NCBI GenBank assembly: GCA_964576535.1
Contig: CAZNWB010000008.1
Span: 1 to 60,995, forward strand
DNA: 60,995 nucleotides
Direction of reading: 5' to 3'
Source: an uncultured bacterium
GTDB lineage: Bacteria > Methylomirabilota > Methylomirabilia > Methylomirabilales > 2-02-FULL-66-22
Shown here: positions 10,162 to 19,168 of the stretch, piece by piece
How the letters are laid out: each line of letters opens with the position of its first letter
Numbering within the stretch: position 1 is the first letter of the stretch
Translations under genes and position numbers: made by a program
Notes under the pieces: model-generated
What the model was told of the DNA's origin: nothing
Database searches by the model: none
Seen by the model: the letters and a program-made list of their open reading frames with translations, nothing else

Positions 10162-11064
10162 ATGGCCTGGGGACTAGAGATCGACACCGAGATGATCCGG
10201 CTCTGTCGTGCCGAGATGCGGCGGGGACGCCTTCGCCTGAAGCGACGGACAGAGGCCGCGGTCCCGGCCGGGCTCGTCCGGCCCTCGCCCAAGGACGTCA
10301 ACGTGACCGACGGGGCCGCCCTGAGCGGGGTCTTGCGGGAGCTGTGCAAGAATGCCGGCTGCCGGGGGTGGGTCCGGGTCGCCCTGCCGGATCCGATCTT
10401 CACCCTGCGAACACTGGCGACAGACGCGGTGCCGCCCAAGCGCGAGGAAGCGCGGCGATTCCTGCGCTGGCAGGCCCGCGATCTGCTTCCCTTCGCTCCG
10501 GAGGAGGCCCGGCTGGACTTCCTCATGGCGTCGGCCGGCACTGACGGGCGGCCGCGGGCAACCTGCCTGATGGCACGCGGCCGGATCCTGGCGGAATACG
10601 AGGACACCCTGGCTCGTGCGGGGCTGCGGGCGGCCGTCCTGGATGCCCGGAGCATTTGCCTGGCCCAGGCCGCGTCGGCCCCGCTGGCCCATGGCACGAC
10701 GGGACTGCTCGCGGTGGGTGAGAAACGCAGCACCCTGCTCATCCTTCAAGAGGGCCAGCCGCGTTTCTGGCGCCACCTGCCCGAAGGACGGGAGGGGTGG
10801 GCCGCCGGGGACCGCACCCGTCTCCTCCGGGAGGTGACGGACTCGATCACCTACAGCCAGGAATCCGAGGGGTGGGGCGCCCTGCAGAGCATGCACCTGA
10901 CCGGACCGCGCTTCACGGCGGGCGAGGTGGCCTCGGCCCTGGGCGAGTGGCTGTCGGTCCCCGTCACCGCTCTGGACCTCGGTGTGGCCCTGGGGGCCGG
11001 CGGGCACCCGGACGATCTCCTCCGATGGGGACCCGCCATCGGCGCTGCGATCCGCCCATGCTGA
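10162..11064 (+). CDS. pilM: PilM/GspL-like actin-fold assembly protein
   Basis: N-terminal GLEID, RWQARDLLPF, position after the ATPase. Confidence 0.7.
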   Translation: MAWGLEIDTEMIRLCRAEMRRGRLRLKRRTEAAVPAGLVRPSPKDVNVTDGAALSGVLRELCKNAGCRGWVRVALPDPIFTLRTLATDAVPPKREEARRFLRWQARDLLPFAPEEARLDFLMASAGTDGRPRATCLMARGRILAEYEDTLARAGLRAAVLDARSICLAQAASAPLAHGTTGLLAVGEKRSTLLILQEGQPRFWRHLPEGREGWAAGDRTRLLREVTDSITYSQESEGWGALQSMHLTGPRFTAGEVASALGEWLSVPVTALDLGVALGAGGHPDDLLRWGPAIGAAIRPC

Positions 11065-11630
11065 CTGCGGGATTCAACCTGGCGACGGGGGATTACCGGC
11101 GGTCCCAGCGTGAGGTCCTCCTGGCGGCCGGGGTGGTGGCGGTGCTCGCCCTGCTCCTGCTCGGCCAAGTGACCGCCTGGGTTGTGGTTCGCCGCGACGC
11201 CCGGGCCACCGGGTCGCGCCTGGCCCAGATGGAGGCGGACTTCCGCCGGCATCAGGACGGACTTCGCGCCATCCGGGCCGGCGTTCCCGACGAGGCCGTC
11301 AAACGCTACGAGGCGAAGGTCGTCGCCTTCAACACGATCCTGGAGGCCTCGGCCTTTTCCTGGACCGGTCTCCTGAAGGAACTGGAGCGGGCCCAGCCGC
11401 CGGGGATCTCCCTGAGCGAGATCTACCCGGAACTCACGACCGGCCAGGTGGCGCTGCGCGGGACGGCTCACACCTTCGGGGACCTCGGTCGCTTCCTGCA
11501 CGGCCTGCAAGAGCGGACCGCGTTCCGGGATGTCTACCTTATGCGCCAGGCAGAGCGGAAGACCCAAGCGGGCGGGCAGGAGGGGTTGGAGTTCGCGGTG
11601 ACGTTCGTCTACGAGGGGCGCGGCCGATGA
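11058..11630 (+). CDS. pilN: PilN-like assembly protein
   Basis: FNLA motif, TM helix, coiled coil, SWTGLLKELE...P.GISL; start overlaps the pilM stop. Confidence 0.75.
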   Translation: MLTAGFNLATGDYRRSQREVLLAAGVVAVLALLLLGQVTAWVVVRRDARATGSRLAQMEADFRRHQDGLRAIRAGVPDEAVKRYEAKVVAFNTILEASAFSWTGLLKELERAQPPGISLSEIYPELTTGQVALRGTAHTFGDLGRFLHGLQERTAFRDVYLMRQAERKTQAGGQEGLEFAVTFVYEGRGR

Positions 11631-12142
11631 GTGCCGGAACGCGTTGGCTCTGGCGGACGGCCCTGGGCCTCGCCCTGGTGAACGGGCTGGTCCTGGTCCT
11701 GCTGTTGCTGCCGGCCCGCGAGCTGCGCCTGCAGCAGGAGGATCAGCTCCTCGATCTCCAGCGCCGCATCCGGGTTCTCCAGCGCGAGGGCCAAACCAGC
11801 GAAGTGCTTCTCACGGCGCTGCGCGAGGTCGAGCAGTTTACCCAGGGGTATCCCTCCCGGGCAGAGCTTCTCGGGCTGATCGACCGGCTCACCCGCCTGG
11901 CACGGTCACTGGCAGTGACGGTCCCGGCGGTGGACTACCGGCCGGCCGAGGTGAAGGAGACCGGTCTCACCAAGGTCACGGTGGCCATGGTGGCGGAGGG
12001 AACGTACGGGAAGATCCGCCGGTACTTGTACGAGCTGGAGGGCATGCGCCGGCATCTCGTGATCGAGCGGGTGTCACTGAGAGACCCCAAGGGCAGCTCG
12101 GAGCTGCAAGTCCAATTGCAATTGGCGGTGTACCTCCGCTAA
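11627..12142 (+). CDS. pilO: PilO/GspM-like assembly protein
   Basis: TM helix plus coiled coil, GTYGKIRRYLYELE motif, ATGA overlap. Confidence 0.75.
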   Translation: MSAGTRWLWRTALGLALVNGLVLVLLLLPARELRLQQEDQLLDLQRRIRVLQREGQTSEVLLTALREVEQFTQGYPSRAELLGLIDRLTRLARSLAVTVPAVDYRPAEVKETGLTKVTVAMVAEGTYGKIRRYLYELEGMRRHLVIERVSLRDPKGSSELQVQLQLAVYLR

Positions 12143-12171
12143 GATCGGATCGCGGCGGGATTCGGGAACGG

Positions 12172-12747
12172 ATGGACGTTCAGAAGAAACACCTCCTCAT
12201 CCTGATCGCCCTCCTCGGCGCCTGGGGACTGATCTTCGCATTGCGCTCGCCGGGGGGGCCGGCGTCCCGGCGCGAGGTCCGGGCAGCCGCAGAGCGGCCC
12301 ACCCGGACGCCCGCGGCGCAAGGCGGTGGACTCCCCCGGCTGAAGACTGGCCTCATGGAGCTGCCACGGCCAGCCTATCCACCGGAGGTGCAGAATATCT
12401 TCGGAACCCCGCCTCCGCCCCCGCGCCCGCCGCAGGCGGTGGTGACGCCGCCGGCGCCGCCGCCGGACCCCTTCCAGGAAGAGGCGAAGCGTCTCCGCTA
12501 TGTCGGCTTCCTGGATGCCGGCAATACGAAGCTGGCCTTCGTCGTCCAGGGCCAGGAGGTCCATACGGTGGAGGTGGGGGCGACATTCTCAGCGCGCTTC
12601 CGCGTCCAGGCCATCACGGAGGACGCCGTCCTGCTGTCCTCGCTGGACGGAGACAAACAGGTGCGTCTACCCCTGGTGTCAGACGCAGGCTCCCGGCCCC
12701 AGGTGGGACCAATGGCGCCGGGAAGACCGGAGGGCCAACGCCCATGA
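12172..12747 (+). CDS. PilP/GspC-like protein
   Basis: N-terminal TM helix, NIF plus Pro-rich linker, LRYVGF...VGATF...F.VQAI beta domain; lies before the secretin. Confidence 0.65.
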   Translation: MDVQKKHLLILIALLGAWGLIFALRSPGGPASRREVRAAAERPTRTPAAQGGGLPRLKTGLMELPRPAYPPEVQNIFGTPPPPPRPPQAVVTPPAPPPDPFQEEAKRLRYVGFLDAGNTKLAFVVQGQEVHTVEVGATFSARFRVQAITEDAVLLSSLDGDKQVRLPLVSDAGSRPQVGPMAPGRPEGQRP

Positions 12748-14708
12748 GATCTCGGCATACTGCTGTCCTAGGCCCGCTGTCCTTGAGCCTCGCCCTCTGC
12801 GGGGTCCTCTTGGGGTGCGCGGCGCAGGTGTCGCTTGAGCGCGGCGAGGCATTGAGTGCCGCCGGACGGTGGGAGGAGGCGGCCCAGTTTTACCTCCAGG
12901 CGGCGTCCAAGGATCCCAAGAACATTGAGATTCGCCTGGCCCTGGCTCGGGCCATGCATGAGGCCTCGCAATCCGCCGTCACGCAGGGCAATGAGCTTCT
13001 GGCGGCCGGACGGACGGAAGAGGCAGCCGCAGCCTACCGTCGGGCCCTCAGGTACAACCCCGAGAACCGGGCGGCGCTGGAGGGCTTGGAACGGGTCGCG
13101 GTCCACCGCCAGGTCCAGGAACGGCTCGCCCGCGCCCGGGAGCGCATGGACAAGGCCGATTGGCGCGCTGCCCAGACCGAGGTGTTGGTGGCATTGCGTC
13201 TGGACCCGGAGAGCAGGCAGGCCAGGGAACTCCAGCAGCAGATCGCGGCGCAGCTCAGGGCGGAGGCCCCCCTGCCCAAGACCGACGGCGAGAAGGCCGC
13301 CGCCGAGCTGTTCTCCACCCAACCGGTGACCCTCCGGTTCCGCGACACCGATATCAAGGAGGTCTTCGAGGTCTTCTCGCGCACGGCCGGGGTTAACATC
13401 ATCACCGACGAGTCCCTGCCGGCGAAGCGCGTGACCACGTTCTTCAAGGATCTTCCCATGCGGGAGGCCTTCAACCTGATCCTGGTGTCCAATCGGCTCT
13501 TCGCCAAGCGCGTCGCCCCCAATACGGTGATCGCCATTCCCGACAACCCGGCCAAGCGCCAGCAGTATGACGAGCTGATGGTCCAGACATTCTACCTCAA
13601 CGACGCGGATGCCAAGGTGGCGGTGAACCTGCTGCGGACCATCCTCAACACCCGTCAGATCTTCGTGAACGAGAAGCTCAACGCCCTGGTCGTCCGGGAG
13701 ACGCCGGAGAAGATCGAACTGGCGCGAAAGCTCCTGGCCGCGAATGACCGGAGCGCCGCCGAGGTCGAGATCGAGTTGGAAGTGCTGGAGGTGGATTGGG
13801 ACCGCCTCGAGAACTTGGGGATCGACATCCAGCCCCGCACCCTGGCGGTGACGCTGAACTTCCCCACCGGCATCCCCGTCAACGATTTCTGGAACACCAT
13901 CAAGACTGGCAGCACCGTGAACATCACCAACCCGTCCCTGATCCTGCACCTGGCCAAGAACGACGGAAGCACCAAGATCCTGGCCAACCCCACCGTCCGC
14001 ATCCTGGACCGGCAGAAGGCCCGCCTCCTCATCGGCCAGCGGTACCCGTTCCAGATCTCCTCCACCGCCAGCGTGCCCAGCGTGTCCGGGACCACGCCGG
14101 GCACGACGCCGACAGGCGCCATCACCACCACTGAGACCCGGGTGGAGTACCGGGACACGGGTCTCAAGCTCACGCTGACCCCTACCATTCACCTGAATGG
14201 CGAGGTCACAGTGGAGCTGAACTTCGAGATCAGCGCCATCGGCGCCCCCATCCCCGGGTTGGGGCTAAATGCGGCAGCTACCCCGCCGGTGAACACCCGG
14301 AATCTGGATACCTTCATCAAGGTGAAGAACGGGGAAACCCGATTGCTGGGCGGCCTCTTCCAGACCATCGACTCGTCGGCCAACAGCCGGATCCCGTTCT
14401 TGAGCGATATCCCCATCCTGGGTCGCCTCTTCGTCAGCGGGGACCAGCAGCGGACTCGGACCGATGTCCTGATCTCGCTCACGCCCCGTCTCGTGAAGAT
14501 CCTGGATCGCCCGGAGGCCGATGTGGAGCTCTTCCCCTCCGGCACGGCCGACAGCTTCGGCGTTCCGGTGCCCGGTATTCCGGCCATCAGCCCGCCCACG
14601 CCGGCGCCGGCCCCGCGCCCGACGACTCCGCCTTCCGCCGCTCCGCCCGGTGGGCCGCCGGTCATCACGCCGCCCGGTGGGCCGCCCCCCGGCATCCCGA
14701 GACCATGA
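12744..14708 (+). CDS. gspD: Lipoprotein secretin with N-terminal TPRs (GspD/PulQ-like)
   Basis: LLGC lipobox, TPR helices, KILANP, ETRLLGGL, IPFLSDIPILGRLF. Confidence 0.92.
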   Translation: MRSRHTAVLGPLSLSLALCGVLLGCAAQVSLERGEALSAAGRWEEAAQFYLQAASKDPKNIEIRLALARAMHEASQSAVTQGNELLAAGRTEEAAAAYRRALRYNPENRAALEGLERVAVHRQVQERLARARERMDKADWRAAQTEVLVALRLDPESRQARELQQQIAAQLRAEAPLPKTDGEKAAAELFSTQPVTLRFRDTDIKEVFEVFSRTAGVNIITDESLPAKRVTTFFKDLPMREAFNLILVSNRLFAKRVAPNTVIAIPDNPAKRQQYDELMVQTFYLNDADAKVAVNLLRTILNTRQIFVNEKLNALVVRETPEKIELARKLLAANDRSAAEVEIELEVLEVDWDRLENLGIDIQPRTLAVTLNFPTGIPVNDFWNTIKTGSTVNITNPSLILHLAKNDGSTKILANPTVRILDRQKARLLIGQRYPFQISSTASVPSVSGTTPGTTPTGAITTTETRVEYRDTGLKLTLTPTIHLNGEVTVELNFEISAIGAPIPGLGLNAAATPPVNTRNLDTFIKVKNGETRLLGGLFQTIDSSANSRIPFLSDIPILGRLFVSGDQQRTRTDVLISLTPRLVKILDRPEADVELFPSGTADSFGVPVPGIPAISPPTPAPAPRPTTPPSAAPPGGPPVITPPGGPPPGIPRP

Positions 14709-15175
14709 CCCGACGTTCGACGCCGATTCCGCAGGGTCTGACCCTCATCGAGCTGCTGGTCTCGATCACCGTCCTGGGAATCCTGGCCAGCGTGGCCATG
14801 CCCCTGGTTCAGGTCAGCGTGACGCGGACGCGCGAGCTGGAACTCCGCCGCAGCCTGCGAACGGTCCGCGAGGGAATCGACCTCTTCAAGGCGGAGTATG
14901 ATAGGGCCCGGGCCAACGCCCGGGACGCCCGCGCCGAGTTCAAGAAGCGCCTGTCGGTGGATCGCACGGGCTATCCCCGGACCCTGGACGAGCTGGTCGA
15001 GACCAAGATCCTCCGCCGTTTCCCGCGGGACCCCATGACCCCCGAGGGCAAGTGGATCACCCAGTCGTATTCCGACAACCCCGATTCCAGCCTGTCGGAC
15101 GGCAAGGACGTGTGGGACATCCGGAGTGCCAGCAAGGCGATTGCGCTGGATGGGACGAAGTATGAAACTTGGTAG
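14705..15175 (+). CDS. gspG: Pseudopilin (PulG-like)
   Basis: G/LTLIELL prepilin motif, YPRTLDELV, LRRFPRDPMT, C-terminal YETW. Confidence 0.88.
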   Translation: MTRRSTPIPQGLTLIELLVSITVLGILASVAMPLVQVSVTRTRELELRRSLRTVREGIDLFKAEYDRARANARDARAEFKKRLSVDRTGYPRTLDELVETKILRRFPRDPMTPEGKWITQSYSDNPDSSLSDGKDVWDIRSASKAIALDGTKYETW

Positions 15176-15260
15176 GGAGGCACCCATCAGCCGTCCCTGT
15201 GGACCAGAAGCCGGACCCGGGTCCACAGGGTCAGCCGACAGCGGTCAAGGCGCAAAGGGC

Positions 15261-15683
15261 ATGGCACTTGGGGTCAGGCGCTCTGCGCTTGGCGCTTGGC
15301 GCTTGGCGCCCCGCGGCTTCACGCTGATCGAGCTGATGATCGTCATCACGATCATCGGCATCCTGATCACCCTCGCCCAGCCGAGCTACAACCGGGCCGT
15401 CACCGCCGCCAAGGAGGCGGCCCTCAAGGAGAACCTGTTCATCCTCCGCGACGCGATTGACCAATACTATGCCGACAGCGCCAAGTACCCTCCGTCCCTG
15501 ACCGACCTGGTCGAGAAAAAATACATCCGCAGCCGCGTGCCCAAGGACTCCGTGACCGGATCGGCCGAGACATGGAGCCTGGTCTATTTCACCGATGAGC
15601 AGGGCCAGCAGCACGGCATCTTCGATCTCAAGAGTGGCTCCGAGGCGATCGCGCTGGACGGGACCCGGTATAATGAATGGTAA
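15261..15683 (+). CDS. gspG: Pseudopilin (OxpG/GspG-like); alternative start 15162
   Basis: GFTLIELMIV, AIDQYYAD...YPPSL.DLV, C-terminal YNEW. Confidence 0.88.
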   Translation: MALGVRRSALGAWRLAPRGFTLIELMIVITIIGILITLAQPSYNRAVTAAKEAALKENLFILRDAIDQYYADSAKYPPSLTDLVEKKYIRSRVPKDSVTGSAETWSLVYFTDEQGQQHGIFDLKSGSEAIALDGTRYNEW

Positions 15684-16194
15684 CCGCCCTTTGGCCGCAT
15701 GGCGCATAGCGCATAGCGCATGGAGCATAGGGTTAGGCGCTATGCGCTTTGCCCTTAGCCCCTTGCGATTTGCCCGCGGGACTGGGTCACCCCGGGGGAT
15801 GATCTATCCCGTCCTGCTGGTCAGCATCCTGATCATCGGGATCGCCACCGCGGGAGCGGCGCAGCTCTGGAGCACCCAGATCAAGCGCGAGAAGGAGGCG
15901 GAACTACTCTTCCGCCTGGGGGAGTTGCGCCGCGCCATCGCGGGCTACCGCGCCGATCACAATCGGCTGCCCAAGGAATTGAAAGACCTGCTGGACGATC
16001 GGACGCAGCTGCAGGCCCGGCGCTACCTCCGGCGGATCTATACCGACCCCATGACCGGAAAGGCCGACTGGAACTTGGACCTCTTGATGGACCGCGACGG
16101 GACGGTCGCCGGGATTCGGGACGTGCGCAGTCGAGCCGAGGGAACGCCCTTGAAGGTCTTGGCCGAGGGGAAGACGAGCTACAAGGATTGGTAG
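15673..16194 (+). CDS. Minor pseudopilin-like protein
   Basis: RG/MIYPVLL hydrophobic segment, REKEAELLF.L, RYLRRIYTDPMTG, C-terminal YKDW. Confidence 0.8.
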   Translation: MNGNRPLAAWRIAHSAWSIGLGAMRFALSPLRFARGTGSPRGMIYPVLLVSILIIGIATAGAAQLWSTQIKREKEAELLFRLGELRRAIAGYRADHNRLPKELKDLLDDRTQLQARRYLRRIYTDPMTGKADWNLDLLMDRDGTVAGIRDVRSRAEGTPLKVLAEGKTSYKDW

Positions 16195-16201
16195 ACAGGG
16201 G

Positions 16202-16270
16202 AGCAGTCGGCCGTCAGCCCTCAGCACTCCGCCTGCCGGCTGACCGCTGACCGCTGAAAGCTGACCGCTT
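16202..16270. repeat. Inverted period-7 repeat (TCAGCCG / GCTGACC)
   Basis: gtcggccgtcagccctcagc ... gctgaccgctgaccgctgaaagctgaccgct. Confidence 0.7.
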
Positions 16271-16290
16271 CGAGAGAAAGGAGGCCATCC

Positions 16291-16533
16291 GTGCGAGAGA
16301 GGGAACGAGAAGTGCGCCGGCGGCGTCAGCGCCGGGGGCAGCGCCTGAAGGCCCGCAGGAAAGCGGCCATGACGGGAGCCGCCCCGCCCGCGGCGGCGGA
16401 ACGGCCCAGGCCCAAGCGCCGGCCGGAAGCGCCGGCCGCCGAGCCTGCGTCACCCGCCACCCCCTTGGAATCGTCGCCAGTGACGCCCCCGCCCGCGGCG
16501 GCAAGAGAAGGCGACGCCGGCCCAGCCGCCTAG
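16291..16533 (+). CDS. Small basic low-complexity hypothetical protein
   Basis: Strong AAGGAGG RBS before GTG; Arg-rich N-terminus and Pro/Ala tail. Confidence 0.5.
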   Translation: MREREREVRRRRQRRGQRLKARRKAAMTGAAPPAAAERPRPKRRPEAPAAEPASPATPLESSPVTPPPAAAREGDAGPAA

Positions 16534-17078
16534 CCGAGGGCGGCATCTCCCCGCAGCAGATCCAGATACCTGCTCGCCGGCACCGATTCGGCCCAGGCCC
16601 TGGCCTGGGCATCATGCGGGAAGGTGCGGGCCATGAACTCCACCGCCTCCTCCCGGGTGCGGAAGAGTCGCCAGACGTGGTTCGTCCGGCTTCCCATCCG
16701 CATCAGGTAGAAGAAGGCATCTTCCGGGGTGCCAGGCTCCGGGAGGGGCCGGCTGGCCGGTCGCGCCGTCATGCCGTACCAGGTCACGGAGATTCCGTGG
16801 CCCGCCAGGACTCGCACGCGTAGCGATTCCTCCGACGGCAGGGAGGCGGAATCGCGCGGCTCGTCGGGATAGAAGATGGGGATGCGGGCAGCCTCCACGA
16901 CCGCGCTCTGGGGAAGTGGGCCCCCATGCCCCTCCAGCAGCCGTCGCGTGGCCTCACTGATCCAAAACGTTCCCGGGTCGAAGACGTCGGGCCACACCTC
17001 CGCCACGGTACCCTTGGGCAGGGCGCGCTGTCGTTGGCGCAGGCCTGGCCCGTCGTCCACCCGATAGATCCGGCTCAT
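16530..17078 (-). CDS. Hypothetical protein
   Basis: 182-aa globular-looking ORF with genome-typical codon bias; family not recognised. Confidence 0.6.
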   Translation of the reverse strand: MSRIYRVDDGPGLRQRQRALPKGTVAEVWPDVFDPGTFWISEATRRLLEGHGGPLPQSAVVEAARIPIFYPDEPRDSASLPSEESLRVRVLAGHGISVTWYGMTARPASRPLPEPGTPEDAFFYLMRMGSRTNHVWRLFRTREEAVEFMARTFPHDAQARAWAESVPASRYLDLLRGDAALG

Positions 17079-17090
17079 TCGAAAACCAAC

Positions 17091-17310
17091 CGCCAAGGCG
17101 CCAAGAACGCCACGGGACGGCAATCAGGCAACCCGGCAACCTGGCAATCGTCGACGCCAAATTGCCGGGGAATGTCGAATATCGAACACGGAATGTCGAA
17201 TGATGAACGCCGCGACCCGTTGCATACGAAAAACGCAACGGGTACCCCAGCCGCCTCCGGGAACGGCAATCCTTCGAAATTCATCATTCAGCATTCAACA
17301 TTCGATATTT
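17091..17310. repeat. Composite repeat spacer: CGCCAAG units, period-8 GGCAACCC and an inverted period-7 GAATGTC/CATTC pair
   Basis: ggcaatcaggcaacccggcaacctggcaatc; gaatgtcgaatatcgaacacggaatgtcgaatga ... ttcgaaattcatcattcagcattcaacattcgata. Confidence 0.7.
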
Positions 17311-17354
17311 TCTGAAGATGCGTCCCGCTTGATTGCGGCTCGTCCGCGTAAGGG

Positions 17355-18200
17355 TTAGAACGGGACGCCGGTGAAAAGCAACAGGGCGCGCCCTAACACC
17401 TCGCCGAGAAGCACCGTGAGAATGGCGATATAGAAGAACCCGGTGGCGGATTGGACGTTGGGGATCCTCAGGGTGTTCCGGATGACCAAGGCGATGACCA
17501 GCGTGGCCACGCAGCCGATCAGCACGCGGCCGCCCAACAGGATGGGATGTTCCGGGATCACGCGCAGGACCTCTGCGGCGCGGGCCGGATCCCCCGCCGC
17601 GACGGCCACCAGGCCGTGGGCGATCGGGAAGAGCCCCTGCGCGAGGACCGCGACCAGGAACCAGTGCGCCATCCGCCAGACATGCCGGGTAGGAAGTCCC
17701 GCCTCGTTCAGGTACCAGTGACCCAGAAGCATCCCGGTAAAGGTCAGGCCGAGGAGTGCGCTCGATAGCCACGCGTTGGCCAGAAGGGCCAACAGGACCA
17801 GGGCCGATCCGTCACGGCCGATGGCGATGGCGTCCAGTCCCAGGCCTGCGACCCCGGCAAGGCTGGCCGCCCAGAGCAGTCGCCGGCTCCAGACGGGATG
17901 CTTTCCCCAGAGGGACACCAGGAACGCCAGGGTCAGAATGGCCGAGGCCCCGAGAGCCAGCGTCCCGGGGACCGCCGTGGACGAAGCCACCTGCCCCGAC
18001 GCCGCCCCGCCGGAGACCGCGTAGAGGAGAAGCCAGATCCGCACCCAGAGTGCCAGGACGGCTATTCCGAGATAGATTCCGGTCGTGGTCCGGTAGAACC
18101 CCCACCCGATGCCCACCATCGGCACCAAAAGCATGGCGGCCGTTCCGCCAACCCACAACTGCGCCAGCAGCGTCAGGAATGTCCCGGCGATGCCTCCCAA
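17355..18200 (-). CDS. Multi-pass membrane protein with GMLLGHWYL motif
   Basis: About eight hydrophobic segments; function not recognised. Confidence 0.7.
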   Translation of the reverse strand: MGGIAGTFLTLLAQLWVGGTAAMLLVPMVGIGWGFYRTTTGIYLGIAVLALWVRIWLLLYAVSGGAASGQVASSTAVPGTLALGASAILTLAFLVSLWGKHPVWSRRLLWAASLAGVAGLGLDAIAIGRDGSALVLLALLANAWLSSALLGLTFTGMLLGHWYLNEAGLPTRHVWRMAHWFLVAVLAQGLFPIAHGLVAVAAGDPARAAEVLRVIPEHPILLGGRVLIGCVATLVIALVIRNTLRIPNVQSATGFFYIAILTVLLGEVLGRALLLFTGVPF

Positions 18201-18263
18201 TGTCTCCTCCCTCTCCTATTTCAGCGCTGCTTTCTTAACACGTGGTGGGCGAAGAGCTGCAGG

Positions 18264-19076
18264 TCACTGGAGCAGGAGCTTGGCCAGCGTGCGGAGGCTC
18301 GCGGCGATCCGGGGACCGTACCACGAGAGCACCTTGCCATCCAGAAGATGCAGGCGGCCGGCGCGGACCGCCGGGACGTCTCCCAGGGCGTGCAGCTCTG
18401 CGAGATGTTTCTCCTCGAAGGGAAATGGCTCGTCTGGAAGGAGGATCACCTCGGGCCTCCGCGCTGCCACCTCCCCAAGATTCACCGTGGGGTATCTCTT
18501 GGGGTGGTCGAGGAAGATGTTCTCCCCACCGCAGGCACGCAGCATGTCGTTGACAAACGTATCGCGGTTCACCGTCATGTAGGGGGTGCGCCAGATGGGA
18601 CAGAACACCCGGACCGGGGGCCGGCCAAGCGCGGCTCCCTCGACCCCTGCCAGCGCGGTCTCGCACCGGGCAGTTATCACCTCAGCCAGGTCGGTGGTAG
18701 CGGTAAGCACTCCCAGATCCCGGATCAGCCGAATCCCCTCGCGGACGGTCCGGGGATACGTCACCAGCACCTGCAGCCCGGCGGTCCGCATCGCTTCGAC
18801 GTGCTCTTTCCGGTTCTCCTCGACGTTGGCCACGACCAGGTCCGGCTTCAGATCAATGATCGCCTCCACCCGCGGGTTCTTCTGACCGCCCACCTTGGGC
18901 GTGCCGGCCACACCCTCCGGCGGCTCCGTGCAGAACTTCGTGACACCCACGACCCGATCCCCAACTCCCAGCGTGAAGAAGATCTCGGTGATGCTGGGAA
19001 TCAGGCTGATGATCCGCCAGGCCGGCTCCGCCATCTCAAACGACTGCCCGAACGCATCCTGAACTGTAAGCGTCAC
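18264..19076 (-). CDS. BtuF-like cobalamin/helical-backbone metal-binding protein
   Basis: RIISLIPSITE, VVGVTKFC..P, VGGQKNP, E.I..LKPDLV; no signal peptide. Confidence 0.85.
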   Translation of the reverse strand: MTLTVQDAFGQSFEMAEPAWRIISLIPSITEIFFTLGVGDRVVGVTKFCTEPPEGVAGTPKVGGQKNPRVEAIIDLKPDLVVANVEENRKEHVEAMRTAGLQVLVTYPRTVREGIRLIRDLGVLTATTDLAEVITARCETALAGVEGAALGRPPVRVFCPIWRTPYMTVNRDTFVNDMLRACGGENIFLDHPKRYPTVNLGEVAARRPEVILLPDEPFPFEEKHLAELHALGDVPAVRAGRLHLLDGKVLSWYGPRIAASLRTLAKLLLQ

Positions 19077-19091
19077 GGCTCCGCCCTGACG

Positions 19092-19168
19092 CGCTAGGAG
19101 GCTGGGAAGCTGGGACGCTTGGAGGCTTCTAGCGTCCTCGCCTCCTAGCCGTCTAGCGTCCTAGCCTT
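19092..19168. repeat. Inverted period-8 repeat (GCTGGGAG / CTCCTAGC)
   Basis: gctaggag gctgggaa gctgggac gcttggag gct ... agcgtcctcgcctcctagccgtctagcgtcctagc. Confidence 0.75.
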
